Origin: Candidatus Heimdallarchaeota archaeon
GTDB lineage: Archaea; Asgardarchaeota; Heimdallarchaeia; JABLTI01
Direction of reading: 5' to 3'
Length of the DNA: 64,000 nt
NCBI GenBank assembly: GCA_019058275.1
Contig: JAHLVW010000062.1
Span: 1-64,000, forward strand
How positions within the stretch are numbered: position 1 is the first letter of the stretch; the number at the start of each line of letters is the position of its first letter. The position numbers and the translations under genes are program-made. Below, one piece after another: positions 47,948-58,393 of the stretch. The notes under the pieces were generated by a model. That model ran no database searches, was not told where the DNA came from, and saw nothing but the letters and a program-made list of their open reading frames with translations.

Positions 47948-49177
47948 TTGGTGTTGAGAAGAATAAAAGAAAAATTGTTTAACCATTTATTCAAACACAT
48001 ATATTTGAAAGTGGGGAAAATGGACTTCAAAAAACTTCGAATGTATCTATTACAAAAGCAATCATTAATTGAGAAAACTGTAAAGGAAGAATTTATGTCT
48101 GTTATGAAAAATCAACTGGCATTACATTCAACTGACTACCTCACTCCTTATCTGTCACTTTGGGCTAGGGTAGACGATTTTGATCCAAAACAATTATTTC
48201 ACAATATTTCTAATGAAAAGTCAGCAATAAGAATGAGAGTTTTCAGAAGAACTGTTTTTGTAGTCCATAGAGATAATCTGGAAATTCTAATAGGTTCAAT
48301 TGTGCAATTCCTTGAACCATTCAAAATAGGTAATATCAAATATTTAATCAAAAATATGGGAATGGAAGAAGGAACAACTGAAAAAATTGGTTTAGATATA
48401 ATTGAAATTCTAAAGAAGAAATCACCCCTCTCTACAAGACAAATTAAGAAAGAGTTGTCAGAAAAATGGGAAGGTGATTGGATAAGGTCTGCAATAACTC
48501 TTCTTGAGTTTGATGCTTTAATAGCTAGAATAGGTCAAAGATACATTATAGATAAAACCATAAATTGGGGTTTATTTGAGGAATATTATCCTGAAGTAAA
48601 AAGAAAGGAAATTAACCCAGAAAATTCACTAGTAGCAATTTTAAGTAAATATATACAGCAATTTGGTCCTGTTTGCATAGATGATTTTTGCTGGTGGTTA
48701 CCAACCAAAAAAACTATGACCAAGAAATTACTCGAGAAACTAGCAGATGAAATTACTGAAATTGATTTTAACTCAAAGAAATATTATATGATTAATGAAG
48801 ACTTTAAGGCTTTTACAGATTTCAATCTAGAGGCATATGAATTACCGATTGTAAATTTCCTACCTTATGAGGATCATTATCCTAAAGCCTACAAACACAA
48901 AGAATGGTACATCTCTGAAGAAACAGTAACCAAACTATTCAAAGTAGGTAAAATGGATTGGGGACAAATACGACCATCAATCTGGATTAATGGTGAAATT
49001 AAAGGTCGATGGGAATTAGATTGGGTAGACAAAAAGAAATCCGAAATGAAAGCTGATATTGTTTATCTTGATAAAAAAATAAGTCAATCAACAGATATTA
49101 TGATTAAAATAAATCAGTTGAAGACAGAAGTAGAGATATTCGCTAATGAGAAATTAATACCTTTAATGAAAAAATAG
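47948..49177 (+). CDS. AlkZ/YcaQ-like (HTH_42) DNA glycosylase family protein
   Basis: HSTDY..PYLSLWARV, R.TVF, Y...FGP...DF.WW, FLPYED, G.I.G.W; likely start ATG 48020. Confidence 0.85.
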   Translation: MVLRRIKEKLFNHLFKHIYLKVGKMDFKKLRMYLLQKQSLIEKTVKEEFMSVMKNQLALHSTDYLTPYLSLWARVDDFDPKQLFHNISNEKSAIRMRVFRRTVFVVHRDNLEILIGSIVQFLEPFKIGNIKYLIKNMGMEEGTTEKIGLDIIEILKKKSPLSTRQIKKELSEKWEGDWIRSAITLLEFDALIARIGQRYIIDKTINWGLFEEYYPEVKRKEINPENSLVAILSKYIQQFGPVCIDDFCWWLPTKKTMTKKLLEKLADEITEIDFNSKKYYMINEDFKAFTDFNLEAYELPIVNFLPYEDHYPKAYKHKEWYISEETVTKLFKVGKMDWGQIRPSIWINGEIKGRWELDWVDKKKSEMKADIVYLDKKISQSTDIMIKINQLKTEVEIFANEKLIPLMKK

Positions 49178-49181
49178 AAAC

Positions 49182-49931
49182 TCAAGCTTCTAATACTGAT
49201 ATCTCTTCAGTAAACTCTAATTTCTTTTCTTTGATTCTTTGTATGACAGCTAATCCCATACCTCCTAACCAGAAGAAGAAGAGAATTGATGCTATAGAAG
49301 CCAAAAATGTGAAAACCGAACCTGCTGTTCCAAGGATGAATACACCAACTTCACATAAACCTAGTATTCCACAAAGAAGTGCTAACCAAGTTTGTGTTTC
49401 TTTTGTTACTTGATATTTAAAACTAGCAATCCCAAAAATACCCGCACCAAGTGAAAAGATTAACACGTAAGCTACAACTTGCAAAATGAAAATTACTTTT
49501 ACCCAATTTTCAAAAATAGCAAATATTTCATCTTTTGCTTCACCAGCAGCTATATTATATTCTGGAGCTAATTGAAAAATAATCTTGAATTTCAAAAAGA
49601 CCAAGCTAATAAGTAGTAGAGATCCTAATATGGTTGTGATTGTTGGTACTACTAACCAATTCTTGATTTTTTCATCTACTTTTGATCTAAAAAGTAGTAG
49701 AACTCCAATAATTGAAGGTATGATGAAAATTCCTTGAATTATATTTAGAATGGTATCAAAAGTGTGAATGTGATTAAATACAAAATAATTTTGCAACAAT
49801 TCCACATAATTAGCTGAAGGATATTTGTAGGTAATTACAAAACTCAAGATGATTGTAGCAATCATACTCGAGACTACAATGATAATTGAAATTAATGTTA
49901 TAAACCCCATAATATTCTTCTTTGTTTTCAA
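49182..49931 (-). CDS. Membrane protein (DUF4386-like)
   Basis: About 6 TM helices, WLA..G and F.W..G..L pattern. Confidence 0.6.
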   Translation of the reverse strand: MKTKKNIMGFITLISIIIVVSSMIATIILSFVITYKYPSANYVELLQNYFVFNHIHTFDTILNIIQGIFIIPSIIGVLLLFRSKVDEKIKNWLVVPTITTILGSLLLISLVFLKFKIIFQLAPEYNIAAGEAKDEIFAIFENWVKVIFILQVVAYVLIFSLGAGIFGIASFKYQVTKETQTWLALLCGILGLCEVGVFILGTAGSVFTFLASIASILFFFWLGGMGLAVIQRIKEKKLEFTEEISVLEA

Positions 49932-50368
49932 TTGTAATCACCTAAATATCCAGATTTTACAAATTTTATATAGCTTTCCAATTTGTTTGAATTAGTAATT
50001 ATCATGTTCCTTGTACTTGTGTTGCTTTTCTATCGAGTAAGACCATAAGTATTCCTATAGCAATCATCCAGATTAGCATTAGACCAATTAAGTAAATACT
50101 GACCAACATCAGTTAACTCTTCTGGTTTTGTTAAATCTGCTATAAACGTAAAGATAACGTTCCAATATAGCTTACAGCAGCAATGATCGAGCTTATACAA
50201 CATATTCTAATGAACTTCTTGTCAGTCATATCAGATACATGATTTTATAGATTCTATTTAGGTTGTGTTGTTTTAGACTCATCTTGACAGCTCTAGGAAT
50301 ACATTTAATTTTGTGTAGAATTAAAGTGCTTTAGATGTAAAACAAACTCTATTCATCAACAAAGGAAT

Positions 50369-51361
50369 GTGATTATTACGAAAGCAACAGCAATTGCCAA
50401 CTCAAACACTGCTTTAGTAAAATATTGGGGAAAACAAGATGAACAGCTGATTATTCCTATGAATAATAGCATATCACTAACTGTTGACTCATTGTCTACT
50501 ATAACAACAGTGGATTTTTCTGAAAGTTATGATGAGGATTTGTTTATATTAAATAAAAAAATACAGAGTGATACGCCAAAAAAGCGAGTTCAGAAACACT
50601 TAGACATAATTCGAAATATAGCTAATGTTGAATTAAATGCAAATGTTGTTTCTGAAAACAATTTTCCTACAGCTGCTGGATTAGCTTCGTCTGCTTCTGG
50701 TTTTGCAGCTCTAACTGCAGCAGCAAGTAGTGCATTGGGATTAAACATGAATCCTAAAGAATTATCCATGTTGTCAAGACGAGGATCAGGTTCTTCTTGC
50801 AGATCATTCTACAGTGGTTTTGTAGAATGGATAAAGAGTGACGATAATAATGAGTCCTATGCTATTCAGCTTGCTGATGAAAATTGGTTTGATATACGTG
50901 ATCTTGTTATAGTTTTTAAGAAGCATAACAGAAAATATACTACTCGAGAAGCTATGAAAATATCCAAGAAAACGAGTCCACTTTATGATGCACGTTTGGA
51001 AATAGTTGAAGATAATTTGGTTAAAGTTAGGAAAGCAATAAAGGAACGTGATTTTAGTTTATTAGGACAAACTGCAGAAGCTGATTGTTTGTTAATGCAT
51101 TCTATTGCTTTAACATCCAATCCGTCCCAGCTGTTTTGGACTGCTGAGACTTTAGGGATGATAAAATTCGTTCAAGAATTAAGAGAGGGAGGGTTAGAAT
51201 CTTATTATACTATAGATACTGGAACGAATATGCATATCTTAACAAAACCAGAATTTTCTGATGAAATTTGTGCTATTCTAAGAAAAATACCCTACATTAC
51301 AAATATCATAGAATGCAAACCTGGACCTGGGGTTCAAATTATAAAAGATGATTTATTTTAG
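50369..51361 (+). CDS. mvaD: Diphospho/phosphomevalonate decarboxylase
   Basis: NTALVKYWGK, SISLT, FPTAAGLASSASG, RRGSGSSCRS, YTIDTGTN. Confidence 0.92.
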   Translation: MIITKATAIANSNTALVKYWGKQDEQLIIPMNNSISLTVDSLSTITTVDFSESYDEDLFILNKKIQSDTPKKRVQKHLDIIRNIANVELNANVVSENNFPTAAGLASSASGFAALTAAASSALGLNMNPKELSMLSRRGSGSSCRSFYSGFVEWIKSDDNNESYAIQLADENWFDIRDLVIVFKKHNRKYTTREAMKISKKTSPLYDARLEIVEDNLVKVRKAIKERDFSLLGQTAEADCLLMHSIALTSNPSQLFWTAETLGMIKFVQELREGGLESYYTIDTGTNMHILTKPEFSDEICAILRKIPYITNIIECKPGPGVQIIKDDLF

Positions 51362-51363
51362 TA

Positions 51364-52329
51364 ATGGAAAATAAGGTTTTCAATATGGAAATTATAAGTA
51401 CAGCTCCCGGAAAACTAATCCTTTTCGGAGAACATGCTAGTAGTAGAGGAAAACCAGCTCTAGTGTTTGCTGTGAATTTAAGGTTACAAGTAAAACTAGC
51501 ATCACATGATTTTCCAAACAAAAATATTCTCTTAACAAGTAAAGAATACTATTTGAAAGGAATAGAGTATCCAACTGACAGACTTAATGTTGTTTCGCAA
51601 ACAGTAGCTACTTTTTTGGAAGAAACTAAACAGAGTACTGAATCTTTTGAATTATCAATTGAATCTAACATTGAACCGGGTTTTGGAAGTTCAGCAGCAG
51701 TAATAGTTGCTACTCTTGGTGTACTAAATGAATATTATAATACAAATCTAACTCGAGAAGAATTACTAAAATTAGGTATAAAATCAAATTATGCTGTCAA
51801 AGGATATGGAAGTGGATTAGATATTGCTGCTTCACTTTATGGTGGATTAATAAAATATCAAGTTAATAAAAAACCAAAATCTCTTCCTTTTAATGAGTTG
51901 AATTTTGTTATTGTAAGTACATGTACTAAAGTTCCTAGTGGACCGATTGTTGATGCTGTAAAGCAATTTGAGAAAGCAAATAAAAAAGAAACTAAAATAC
52001 TTTTCGATGAAATCAAAGAAGTTGTACTTGATGCTGAAAAAGCAATTATAGCTACAGATTTGGATAGAATTGGTCTTCTCATGAATAAAAATCAAGAATT
52101 GCTTCGTAGTCTTAATGTAAGTTCATCAATTCTAGAGGTTATGATTAAAACTGCAATTAGCAATGGAGCTTATGGAGCCAAATTATCAGGTGGAGGAGTA
52201 GGAGACAATATGATTGCATTAATTCCTAAGAACAAAAGAGACCAAATAATCCAATCACTGAACTTAACAAATGGTAAAGTTTTGCCTGATATTTGCATTG
52301 ATAAAGACGGACTAATTATCAAGAAGTAA
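51364..52329 (+). CDS. mvk: Mevalonate kinase (GHMP kinase)
   Basis: APGKLILFGEH, GFGSSAA, SGLD, GAKLSGGG.G. Confidence 0.85.
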   Translation: MENKVFNMEIISTAPGKLILFGEHASSRGKPALVFAVNLRLQVKLASHDFPNKNILLTSKEYYLKGIEYPTDRLNVVSQTVATFLEETKQSTESFELSIESNIEPGFGSSAAVIVATLGVLNEYYNTNLTREELLKLGIKSNYAVKGYGSGLDIAASLYGGLIKYQVNKKPKSLPFNELNFVIVSTCTKVPSGPIVDAVKQFEKANKKETKILFDEIKEVVLDAEKAIIATDLDRIGLLMNKNQELLRSLNVSSSILEVMIKTAISNGAYGAKLSGGGVGDNMIALIPKNKRDQIIQSLNLTNGKVLPDICIDKDGLIIKK

Positions 52330-52455
52330 TTTTCCCTTTTACCGAATTTTGCATTTATGTGCAAGTTTGCGCAGACCATCAGTGTTTTATATTATTCTCA
52401 CTGATATGGGTATAACTAGCATAAGGAAATGACACTAGTGAAGGAATGTTAGAAC

Positions 52456-52923
52456 GTGTCTAGTGACTATGATTATTGGATCAGTGTAAGCAATTTCACT
52501 GATGTTGGTATTACTCCACGCGTTAACTGTTGTAATTTTCCCTTAAATAATGATGAACTTAACACAATCACTAACAGTTATGCTTCCATTTTGAACTATA
52601 TATTGGAAAAATCAATTGTCGGTCCTTTACCTGTTGTTAATCATCGTGGACTATTAGTTTTAGTATTTAAATTTGAAATAATTGATAATGATGTTAAAGA
52701 TAAGCGTATTGTTTCAGAAGGTGGTAAAACAATAGGTTTGTTAACACTCTTCTATAAGATAAAATTAGATGAAATCTTCAAAAAGCTTCACAAAAAAATT
52801 CTACAACAAATTACTGTCTGGGTTAAACAATACAATAATATCAGAGACATAAATCAAGTTGAAATAACTAAATTAATGGATGATATTAATCAAATAAAAG
52901 TAAAACAAAAAATAAAACATTGA
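52456..52923 (+). CDS. Longin/uDENN-like small protein
   Basis: SNFTDVG.TP, GPLPV, F.FEI.D....D.RI pattern parallel to the N-domain of 35307-36641. Confidence 0.45.
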   Translation: MSSDYDYWISVSNFTDVGITPRVNCCNFPLNNDELNTITNSYASILNYILEKSIVGPLPVVNHRGLLVLVFKFEIIDNDVKDKRIVSEGGKTIGLLTLFYKIKLDEIFKKLHKKILQQITVWVKQYNNIRDINQVEITKLMDDINQIKVKQKIKH

Positions 52924-52952
52924 GAAGTAAACTCAATACTCCTCTAATTTTT

Positions 52953-53297
52953 CTACCATCTTTCAATTGGTCGTCGTTCTGGAATACCATCTGGCATTTT
53001 TCCAGTTTTAAAGAATTCTTCAGTTAAGTAAAGTCCACAGTAGCAGTGGCCAAATTCTTCTTGATCAGGTTTACAATAATCGCATGGACAAAGTAAATCT
53101 TTATCCTTCTCTCGATCTCCTTCAAGTAATCTACAAGGACAACCGAAATATCCAAAACGATTAAAGTTCGTCATAAGACCTTCTATGAGCATATCTAGAA
53201 ATTCTTTATCAGGATGTAAATGCCATCCTTGTTTTTCAGCAACCATCTCGACAAATTTTCTTACATCTTCTTTGGTTTTTTCATTTGTTGGAGGCAT
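52953..53297 (-). CDS. Ferredoxin-thioredoxin reductase catalytic subunit
   Basis: CPCR, CPC, CYCGLY motifs. Confidence 0.93.
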   Translation of the reverse strand: MPPTNEKTKEDVRKFVEMVAEKQGWHLHPDKEFLDMLIEGLMTNFNRFGYFGCPCRLLEGDREKDKDLLCPCDYCKPDQEEFGHCYCGLYLTEEFFKTGKMPDGIPERRPIERW

Positions 53298-53324
53298 ATT
53301 TCTTATCCCTCAATAAATTTAGTT

Positions 53325-53630
53325 TTAACTTTCTAAGAATGCTTTCTTCCATTTATCCTCAGTAAATCCAACAAGAACTTTATCTCCACCATCTATAACG
53401 ACAAATGGAAAACCAAGTCTTTCTTCAAAACTGTCACGTAAATCACGTTTAATTAGCATTCTTTGCTGAGATTCAAGTTTATCAACATAGATATATTTGA
53501 ATTTTAAATTATTTTTTCTTAAAAAATCTAATCCGCGTTTACAAAAACCACAAGTGGAAAGTGCATAGACTTGAATCTCACAAGGATTTTTTTCTCCTTC
53601 TTCCATAACGAAATCATATTTTTCATGCAT
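53325..53630 (-). CDS. Glutaredoxin (NrdH-like)
   Basis: YALSTCGFC, FP.VVI, VGF. Confidence 0.9.
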   Translation of the reverse strand: MHEKYDFVMEEGEKNPCEIQVYALSTCGFCKRGLDFLRKNNLKFKYIYVDKLESQQRMLIKRDLRDSFEERLGFPFVVIDGGDKVLVGFTEDKWKKAFLES

Positions 53631-53754
53631 TGATTATAACCTCATTAACTTATCAAATCGAAATTAGTTCTCCTTTATAATAAAAGCTGTGTGAAAGAAA
53701 GTTAAGTTACGTAAATATAAATCCGCATTTTGTTAACATTTTTCAGCAGTTTTT

Positions 53755-53901
53755 TTAACTTGGTTGTTCTTCTTCTGCCTTTTTCTTCTGTTTTCTCTTT
53801 TGAGTAACAGCTAGAATTGTTCCAAACAGCAAAACGAAAACCATGAAACCGGCATAAATAACTAAATACAACCAAGGTTTATCAGGTGCAAAATCAACCA
53901 T
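53755..53901 (-). CDS. 48-aa single-TM small protein (below ORF-track cutoff)
   Basis: MVDFAPDKPWLYLVIYAGFMVFVLLFGTILAVTQKRKQKKKAEEEQPS; AGGAG SD upstream. Confidence 0.7.
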   Translation of the reverse strand: MVDFAPDKPWLYLVIYAGFMVFVLLFGTILAVTQKRKQKKKAEEEQPS

Positions 53902-54076
53902 TAACAAATCTCCTGTTATATATGCTTTTAATGAAATGTAAGTACTTTATTACTTTTTAATCCATCGAATATTAGCATTGCTTTGAACAGAAAAACCAGC
54001 ATTAGCATTCTTTCATTGTTAATGAATAACTTTTAAATTAAACATTAATTGTACTAAATTCAAAATCAATTAATGG

Positions 54077-54565
54077 GTGCAAATAATGGATGATAAAGAA
54101 TTTATTGAATTCATTGAAAAGCAAATTGCTCTTGAAAAAGAAATAGTTGAAATATCAAATAAGAGCGTTGAAGATGTGAAGAACATTCTAGTTAAAGAAC
54201 TAATAAGAGGAATCGCAATGGATTCCAAAAAACATGAATTACTTCTTACTGCTCTAAGTGGGATGATTAAAGGTCCAACACCATTAATCGAGGAGGAAAA
54301 TTATGATAAAATTAAAGCTACTATTGAAAAGCATATTGAACTAGAAGCAAAAGCAATTGACACATACAAAGAAATTCTAACAACATATGAGAAAGAAGAT
54401 AGAATTAGATTTGTTGTAAGCGAAATCCACAAAGATGAAGTACGACATCACACCTTCTTGAAAAGATTGCTTAAAGCTTTAATCGAGAAAGAAACATTAA
54501 CTGAAGATCTTCTAGAAGATTGGATGTTCAAATATGCTCCATTCCATGGTTCTCCAGGTGGATAA
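54077..54565 (+). CDS. Ferritin-like / rubrerythrin-type diiron four-helix protein
   Basis: E...DS.KH and E...DE.RH ligand pairs; C-terminus APFHGSPGG. Confidence 0.8.
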   Translation: MQIMDDKEFIEFIEKQIALEKEIVEISNKSVEDVKNILVKELIRGIAMDSKKHELLLTALSGMIKGPTPLIEEENYDKIKATIEKHIELEAKAIDTYKEILTTYEKEDRIRFVVSEIHKDEVRHHTFLKRLLKALIEKETLTEDLLEDWMFKYAPFHGSPGG

Positions 54566-54590
54566 GATAAAAAAAGGAAAATAAGGAGAT

Positions 54591-55415
54591 CTAGAGGAAT
54601 TTTTCTGAAAATTTCTTCAGATCTCGTTCTCTTTTATATATGGGCTTTTTATTTGTATGATAAACTTCTGTGTTTTCTTCAAATGTTGGTTTTTCATTTA
54701 TATAGAAAATACCAAGTGGGAATTTCTCCACCTCAGCAGCTCGCTTTAATGCTTCCAGTCTATCAGTTGGATCATGGTTTTCAAGATAATAAATACGTTC
54801 CTTGAACCATTGATAGGTGTTTACTTTGTTAAATGAAACACAAGGCTGAAGAATATCTAGTAAAGCATATCCTTTGTGTTTGATGGTTTTTATCATCATT
54901 TCCTTCATATGTTTTTGATCACCTGCATAAGTTCGAGCAACGAAGGAAGCATCTAATCCTATAGCTATAGTTAATGGATTAAATGGATCAAGAATTACAC
55001 CATCAACCTGAACACCAGTTTTCATACCAAATCTTGAGGTTGGTGAAGCTTGTCCTTTTGTTAAGCCATAGATCATGTTATTATGAACAAAGTTGGTTAT
55101 GTTTGGATTTCTCCTTATAGTATGGATAAAGTGATTTCCTCCTTCACCATAACTACAACCATCACCACTTTCAGCAATAACAACTAGTTCTGGATTCGTT
55201 GCTTTTATTGCCCATGCTGTAGGTAAAGATCGTCCATGAAGTCCATTAAAGAAGTTACAATTAAGATATTGAGGGGTTTTTGCTGCTTGACCTATACCAG
55301 ATACCAAAACTAAATTATTGGGTTTAATATCTAATTCAACTAATGCTTCTTTTAGTGTTTCTAGTATTGGGAAATCACCGCAACCAGGACACCAAGCAAT
55401 ATCTATATCATCCAT
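54591..55415 (-). CDS. korB: 2-oxoacid:ferredoxin oxidoreductase beta subunit
   Basis: [37 protein letters not shown]. Confidence 0.92.
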   Translation of the reverse strand: MDDIDIAWCPGCGDFPILETLKEALVELDIKPNNLVLVSGIGQAAKTPQYLNCNFFNGLHGRSLPTAWAIKATNPELVVIAESGDGCSYGEGGNHFIHTIRRNPNITNFVHNNMIYGLTKGQASPTSRFGMKTGVQVDGVILDPFNPLTIAIGLDASFVARTYAGDQKHMKEMMIKTIKHKGYALLDILQPCVSFNKVNTYQWFKERIYYLENHDPTDRLEALKRAAEVEKFPLGIFYINEKPTFEENTEVYHTNKKPIYKRERDLKKFSEKFL

Positions 55416-55441
55416 GTCAAAGATATTTTTCTTACTTATTT

Positions 55442-57175
55442 TTAGACCTCCACAATTTTCTTAATTTTCTCAACCAATTCCTCTACAGAAAACGGCATAC
55501 CATTAAATTTCAGGATTTTATTTTCAATCTCAAAACCAGTATATAATTTGATTAATTTACCAAATTGTGATGTTACATTGTTCTCAATTATGATTACTCT
55601 TTCTGCTTTCTCTAAGAGCTCCTTGGTTTTCTGATGTAATGGATATACTTGCTTAAAGTGCAGGAAAGAAATTTCTTTGTAATCAATTATGTCTAATGCT
55701 TCTTTTATTGCTGTAAATGTTGACCCCCAACCTATGATGAGTGTCTTGTATTTATCTGTTCCAAGTAAATCGGGAGGTATCACACTTTTCTTAACTTCCT
55801 CAAATTTCTTTAATCGTTTTTCAACCATTTTTACTCGAGTGACATCAAGATCTTCTGTTATGAAGCCATCTTCAGTGTGTTCATCACTATCTGCTCGAAC
55901 CAATCCTTCCCCGTAACCAGGTATTCCTCTTGGAGATATTCCATTTTCAGTGTATTTGTATCTCTTGTATCCTTTTTCAGTTTTAGTTATATGTTTTTCA
56001 ATTGAAATCTTGGAAATATGTAGAGGAGGTATATTGTAATACAGATCCATAAAATACTGATCTGTCAGAATGATTACTGGTACTTGGAATTTGTCAGCTA
56101 AATTAAATGCTTTCTGTGTAATATAAAATGCATCTTGAAGCGATCCTGGAGCAAGGATTATCCTAGGAAAGTCACCATGCCCGGAATATAGAACTAACTC
56201 CAAATCTCCTTGTTCTGTTCTTGTAGGCAAACCTGTTCCCGGACCAGGACGCTGAGCAACGTGAATTACTATTGGTGTTTCAGTAATTCCGCTCAGGCTT
56301 AAACCTTCACCCATTAAAGCAAATCCTCCTCCTGAAGTTGTAACCATAGCTCTAGCTCCAGCATAAGCTGCACCTAAACCAGCATTTATAGCTGCGATTT
56401 CATCTTCTGCTTGTTCAACTAGAATATCAAAATCATGAGCATGCTTTGCTAGGAATACTAAAACTCCAGTTGATGGACTCATAGGGTATGAACAGATAAA
56501 ATTACAACCACCAGCAATTGCTCCCATACCAACAGCAGATGCACCATTGTAAAGTAGCTCTTTATCTTTCTTTGAAGCTTTTTTGATCGCAATCTTCAAT
56601 CCTTTTTCTTTGATTAATGTATCAGCTATTTCGCATCCTTTATTGAAAGCTTCAAAATTCTTCTGAATTATCTCTTCACCCTTTGAAGCAAATCTATTTC
56701 TGAGATATTTCTTGCCAATTTCCTTATCCAATTGAAATAACTCAGCAATTAATCCTGCTGCTATTGTATTCGAATAAACTTTACTGCCTATTTCTTGTGC
56801 CATATCTGTCCAAGGAATCTCAATTACTTTGTGTTTGGAAATATCGATTTCATCCTTGATTAGTTCTGATTCACTAATAATTATTGTATCTTTGGTTATA
56901 CGTTTTCTTTGTCTAGCAATAGCAGTTTTATTTAAAGCAATAAAGATATCAATTCGATCAACAAATGCAGACACTCGATTTGAAGAAATCCGTATTTCTG
57001 TTGAATTTGTACCACCTCTAACACGACTCATGTACTCTTTAGTTGCTGCAACATTGTATCCATCCTCTTGTAGAACATGAGTTAAAAACTGTTCAACTGT
57101 CTGAATACCTTGTCCAGCAGCTCCACAAAGCACAATTGAAATATCTTCTTTGTCTTCTAATGAAAATGAGCTCAT
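55442..57175 (-). CDS. korA: 2-oxoacid:ferredoxin oxidoreductase alpha (gamma-alpha fusion) subunit
   Basis: [39 protein letters not shown]. Confidence 0.93.
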   Translation of the reverse strand: MSSFSLEDKEDISIVLCGAAGQGIQTVEQFLTHVLQEDGYNVAATKEYMSRVRGGTNSTEIRISSNRVSAFVDRIDIFIALNKTAIARQRKRITKDTIIISESELIKDEIDISKHKVIEIPWTDMAQEIGSKVYSNTIAAGLIAELFQLDKEIGKKYLRNRFASKGEEIIQKNFEAFNKGCEIADTLIKEKGLKIAIKKASKKDKELLYNGASAVGMGAIAGGCNFICSYPMSPSTGVLVFLAKHAHDFDILVEQAEDEIAAINAGLGAAYAGARAMVTTSGGGFALMGEGLSLSGITETPIVIHVAQRPGPGTGLPTRTEQGDLELVLYSGHGDFPRIILAPGSLQDAFYITQKAFNLADKFQVPVIILTDQYFMDLYYNIPPLHISKISIEKHITKTEKGYKRYKYTENGISPRGIPGYGEGLVRADSDEHTEDGFITEDLDVTRVKMVEKRLKKFEEVKKSVIPPDLLGTDKYKTLIIGWGSTFTAIKEALDIIDYKEISFLHFKQVYPLHQKTKELLEKAERVIIIENNVTSQFGKLIKLYTGFEIENKILKFNGMPFSVEELVEKIKKIVEV

Positions 57176-57288
57176 GCAATCACATACTTTAGATTTCTAA
57201 TTAATATTTGTGTTTTAAAAAGTAAAGAGGTGTTTTTACTTATTAAATACATCACTGAATATCAATCAAAAATCAACCAAAGTAGCAA

Positions 57289-58188
57289 TTAAGCTATTAA
57301 TTTTGAAATTATCTCGTTAAAATGTGTATAAATTACTTTGTGCCCTTCCAAAGGATAAAGAATAAGTTCAGAATTTAAGATTAATTTCTGTTGTTCTATA
57401 GAGGATATTGGAGGAACTATGTTGTCATTTTCTCCATGCCAAAAATAAACTGGGTATTCAACACCTATTTTGTGAGAAAGTTTTTCTGGATTAGTAAGTG
57501 ATTTTAACATCAAAAATAAGTCATAGGAGTAACCTCTTAGATTCGGTTGAATTAAATCAGGTATATAATCACCTAGAAACCACTCTTTAATAGATGGATC
57601 TAACCAAGTTTCTCTATCAACATCTGGTAATGCCTTCAAGCTTTTCTCATATTCCTTTTCAGGGTTTCTTCTGTAATTATTGATACCTGCTGAACTTAGA
57701 ATATGAGATATAGTTCTACCTAATAGTGGAAATCTCGAGCTACCTTTTATCATCCTTAACTGAAATGGATGACTTGATTGTGAATAATCAATAACAAAGT
57801 AAGGAATTGAGCTTACTAAACCTAATTTAACAATTCGTTCTGGATAATGCAAAGCGTAATCGAGAGCGTAAACTCCTCCAGTAGAAAACCCTAAGATAGA
57901 AAATTTATCTAAAGATAATTCTTCTGCAAGCTCATTTATATCAAAAGACCAGTCTGATATTTTCCGTCTCTCTTGGTATGTTGATAATCCACAACCAGGT
58001 CGATCGATTGAGATTATCCTAGCTCCTAGCTCTTTTGCTTCTTTATGAAAACACGAGATATCAAGTCTAGTTCCAGGCCAACCATGAAAGTAAAGGATAG
58101 GTTTCCCTCTAGGATCACCTAGTAATGCATAACCAAGAATTCGACTATCACTTAATGTAAATTCTATATCTCTCTCTTCATTTAACAT
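57289..58188 (-). CDS. Alpha/beta hydrolase
   Basis: FHGWPG, DRPGCGLS, GFSTGG, HGEND..VP, EGH. Confidence 0.9.
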   Translation of the reverse strand: MLNEERDIEFTLSDSRILGYALLGDPRGKPILYFHGWPGTRLDISCFHKEAKELGARIISIDRPGCGLSTYQERRKISDWSFDINELAEELSLDKFSILGFSTGGVYALDYALHYPERIVKLGLVSSIPYFVIDYSQSSHPFQLRMIKGSSRFPLLGRTISHILSSAGINNYRRNPEKEYEKSLKALPDVDRETWLDPSIKEWFLGDYIPDLIQPNLRGYSYDLFLMLKSLTNPEKLSHKIGVEYPVYFWHGENDNIVPPISSIEQQKLILNSELILYPLEGHKVIYTHFNEIISKLIA

Positions 58189-58393
58189 GTTTTTAATTGT
58201 TTGATTTTACTATTAAATTATTTCTTAATTAAATCAAATCTAGGTATCAAGTAATTTGTTACTATTTCAGAAACTACTAAAAAGAGTGTTTTTGCTAACG
58301 AAGTATGATTGAAGAACTCTTAGCCATTGGATCCTTAATCTGTTTCGTAGGATCAAATATCATATTTAAAAGAATGCAATAATGTCCATTGTA

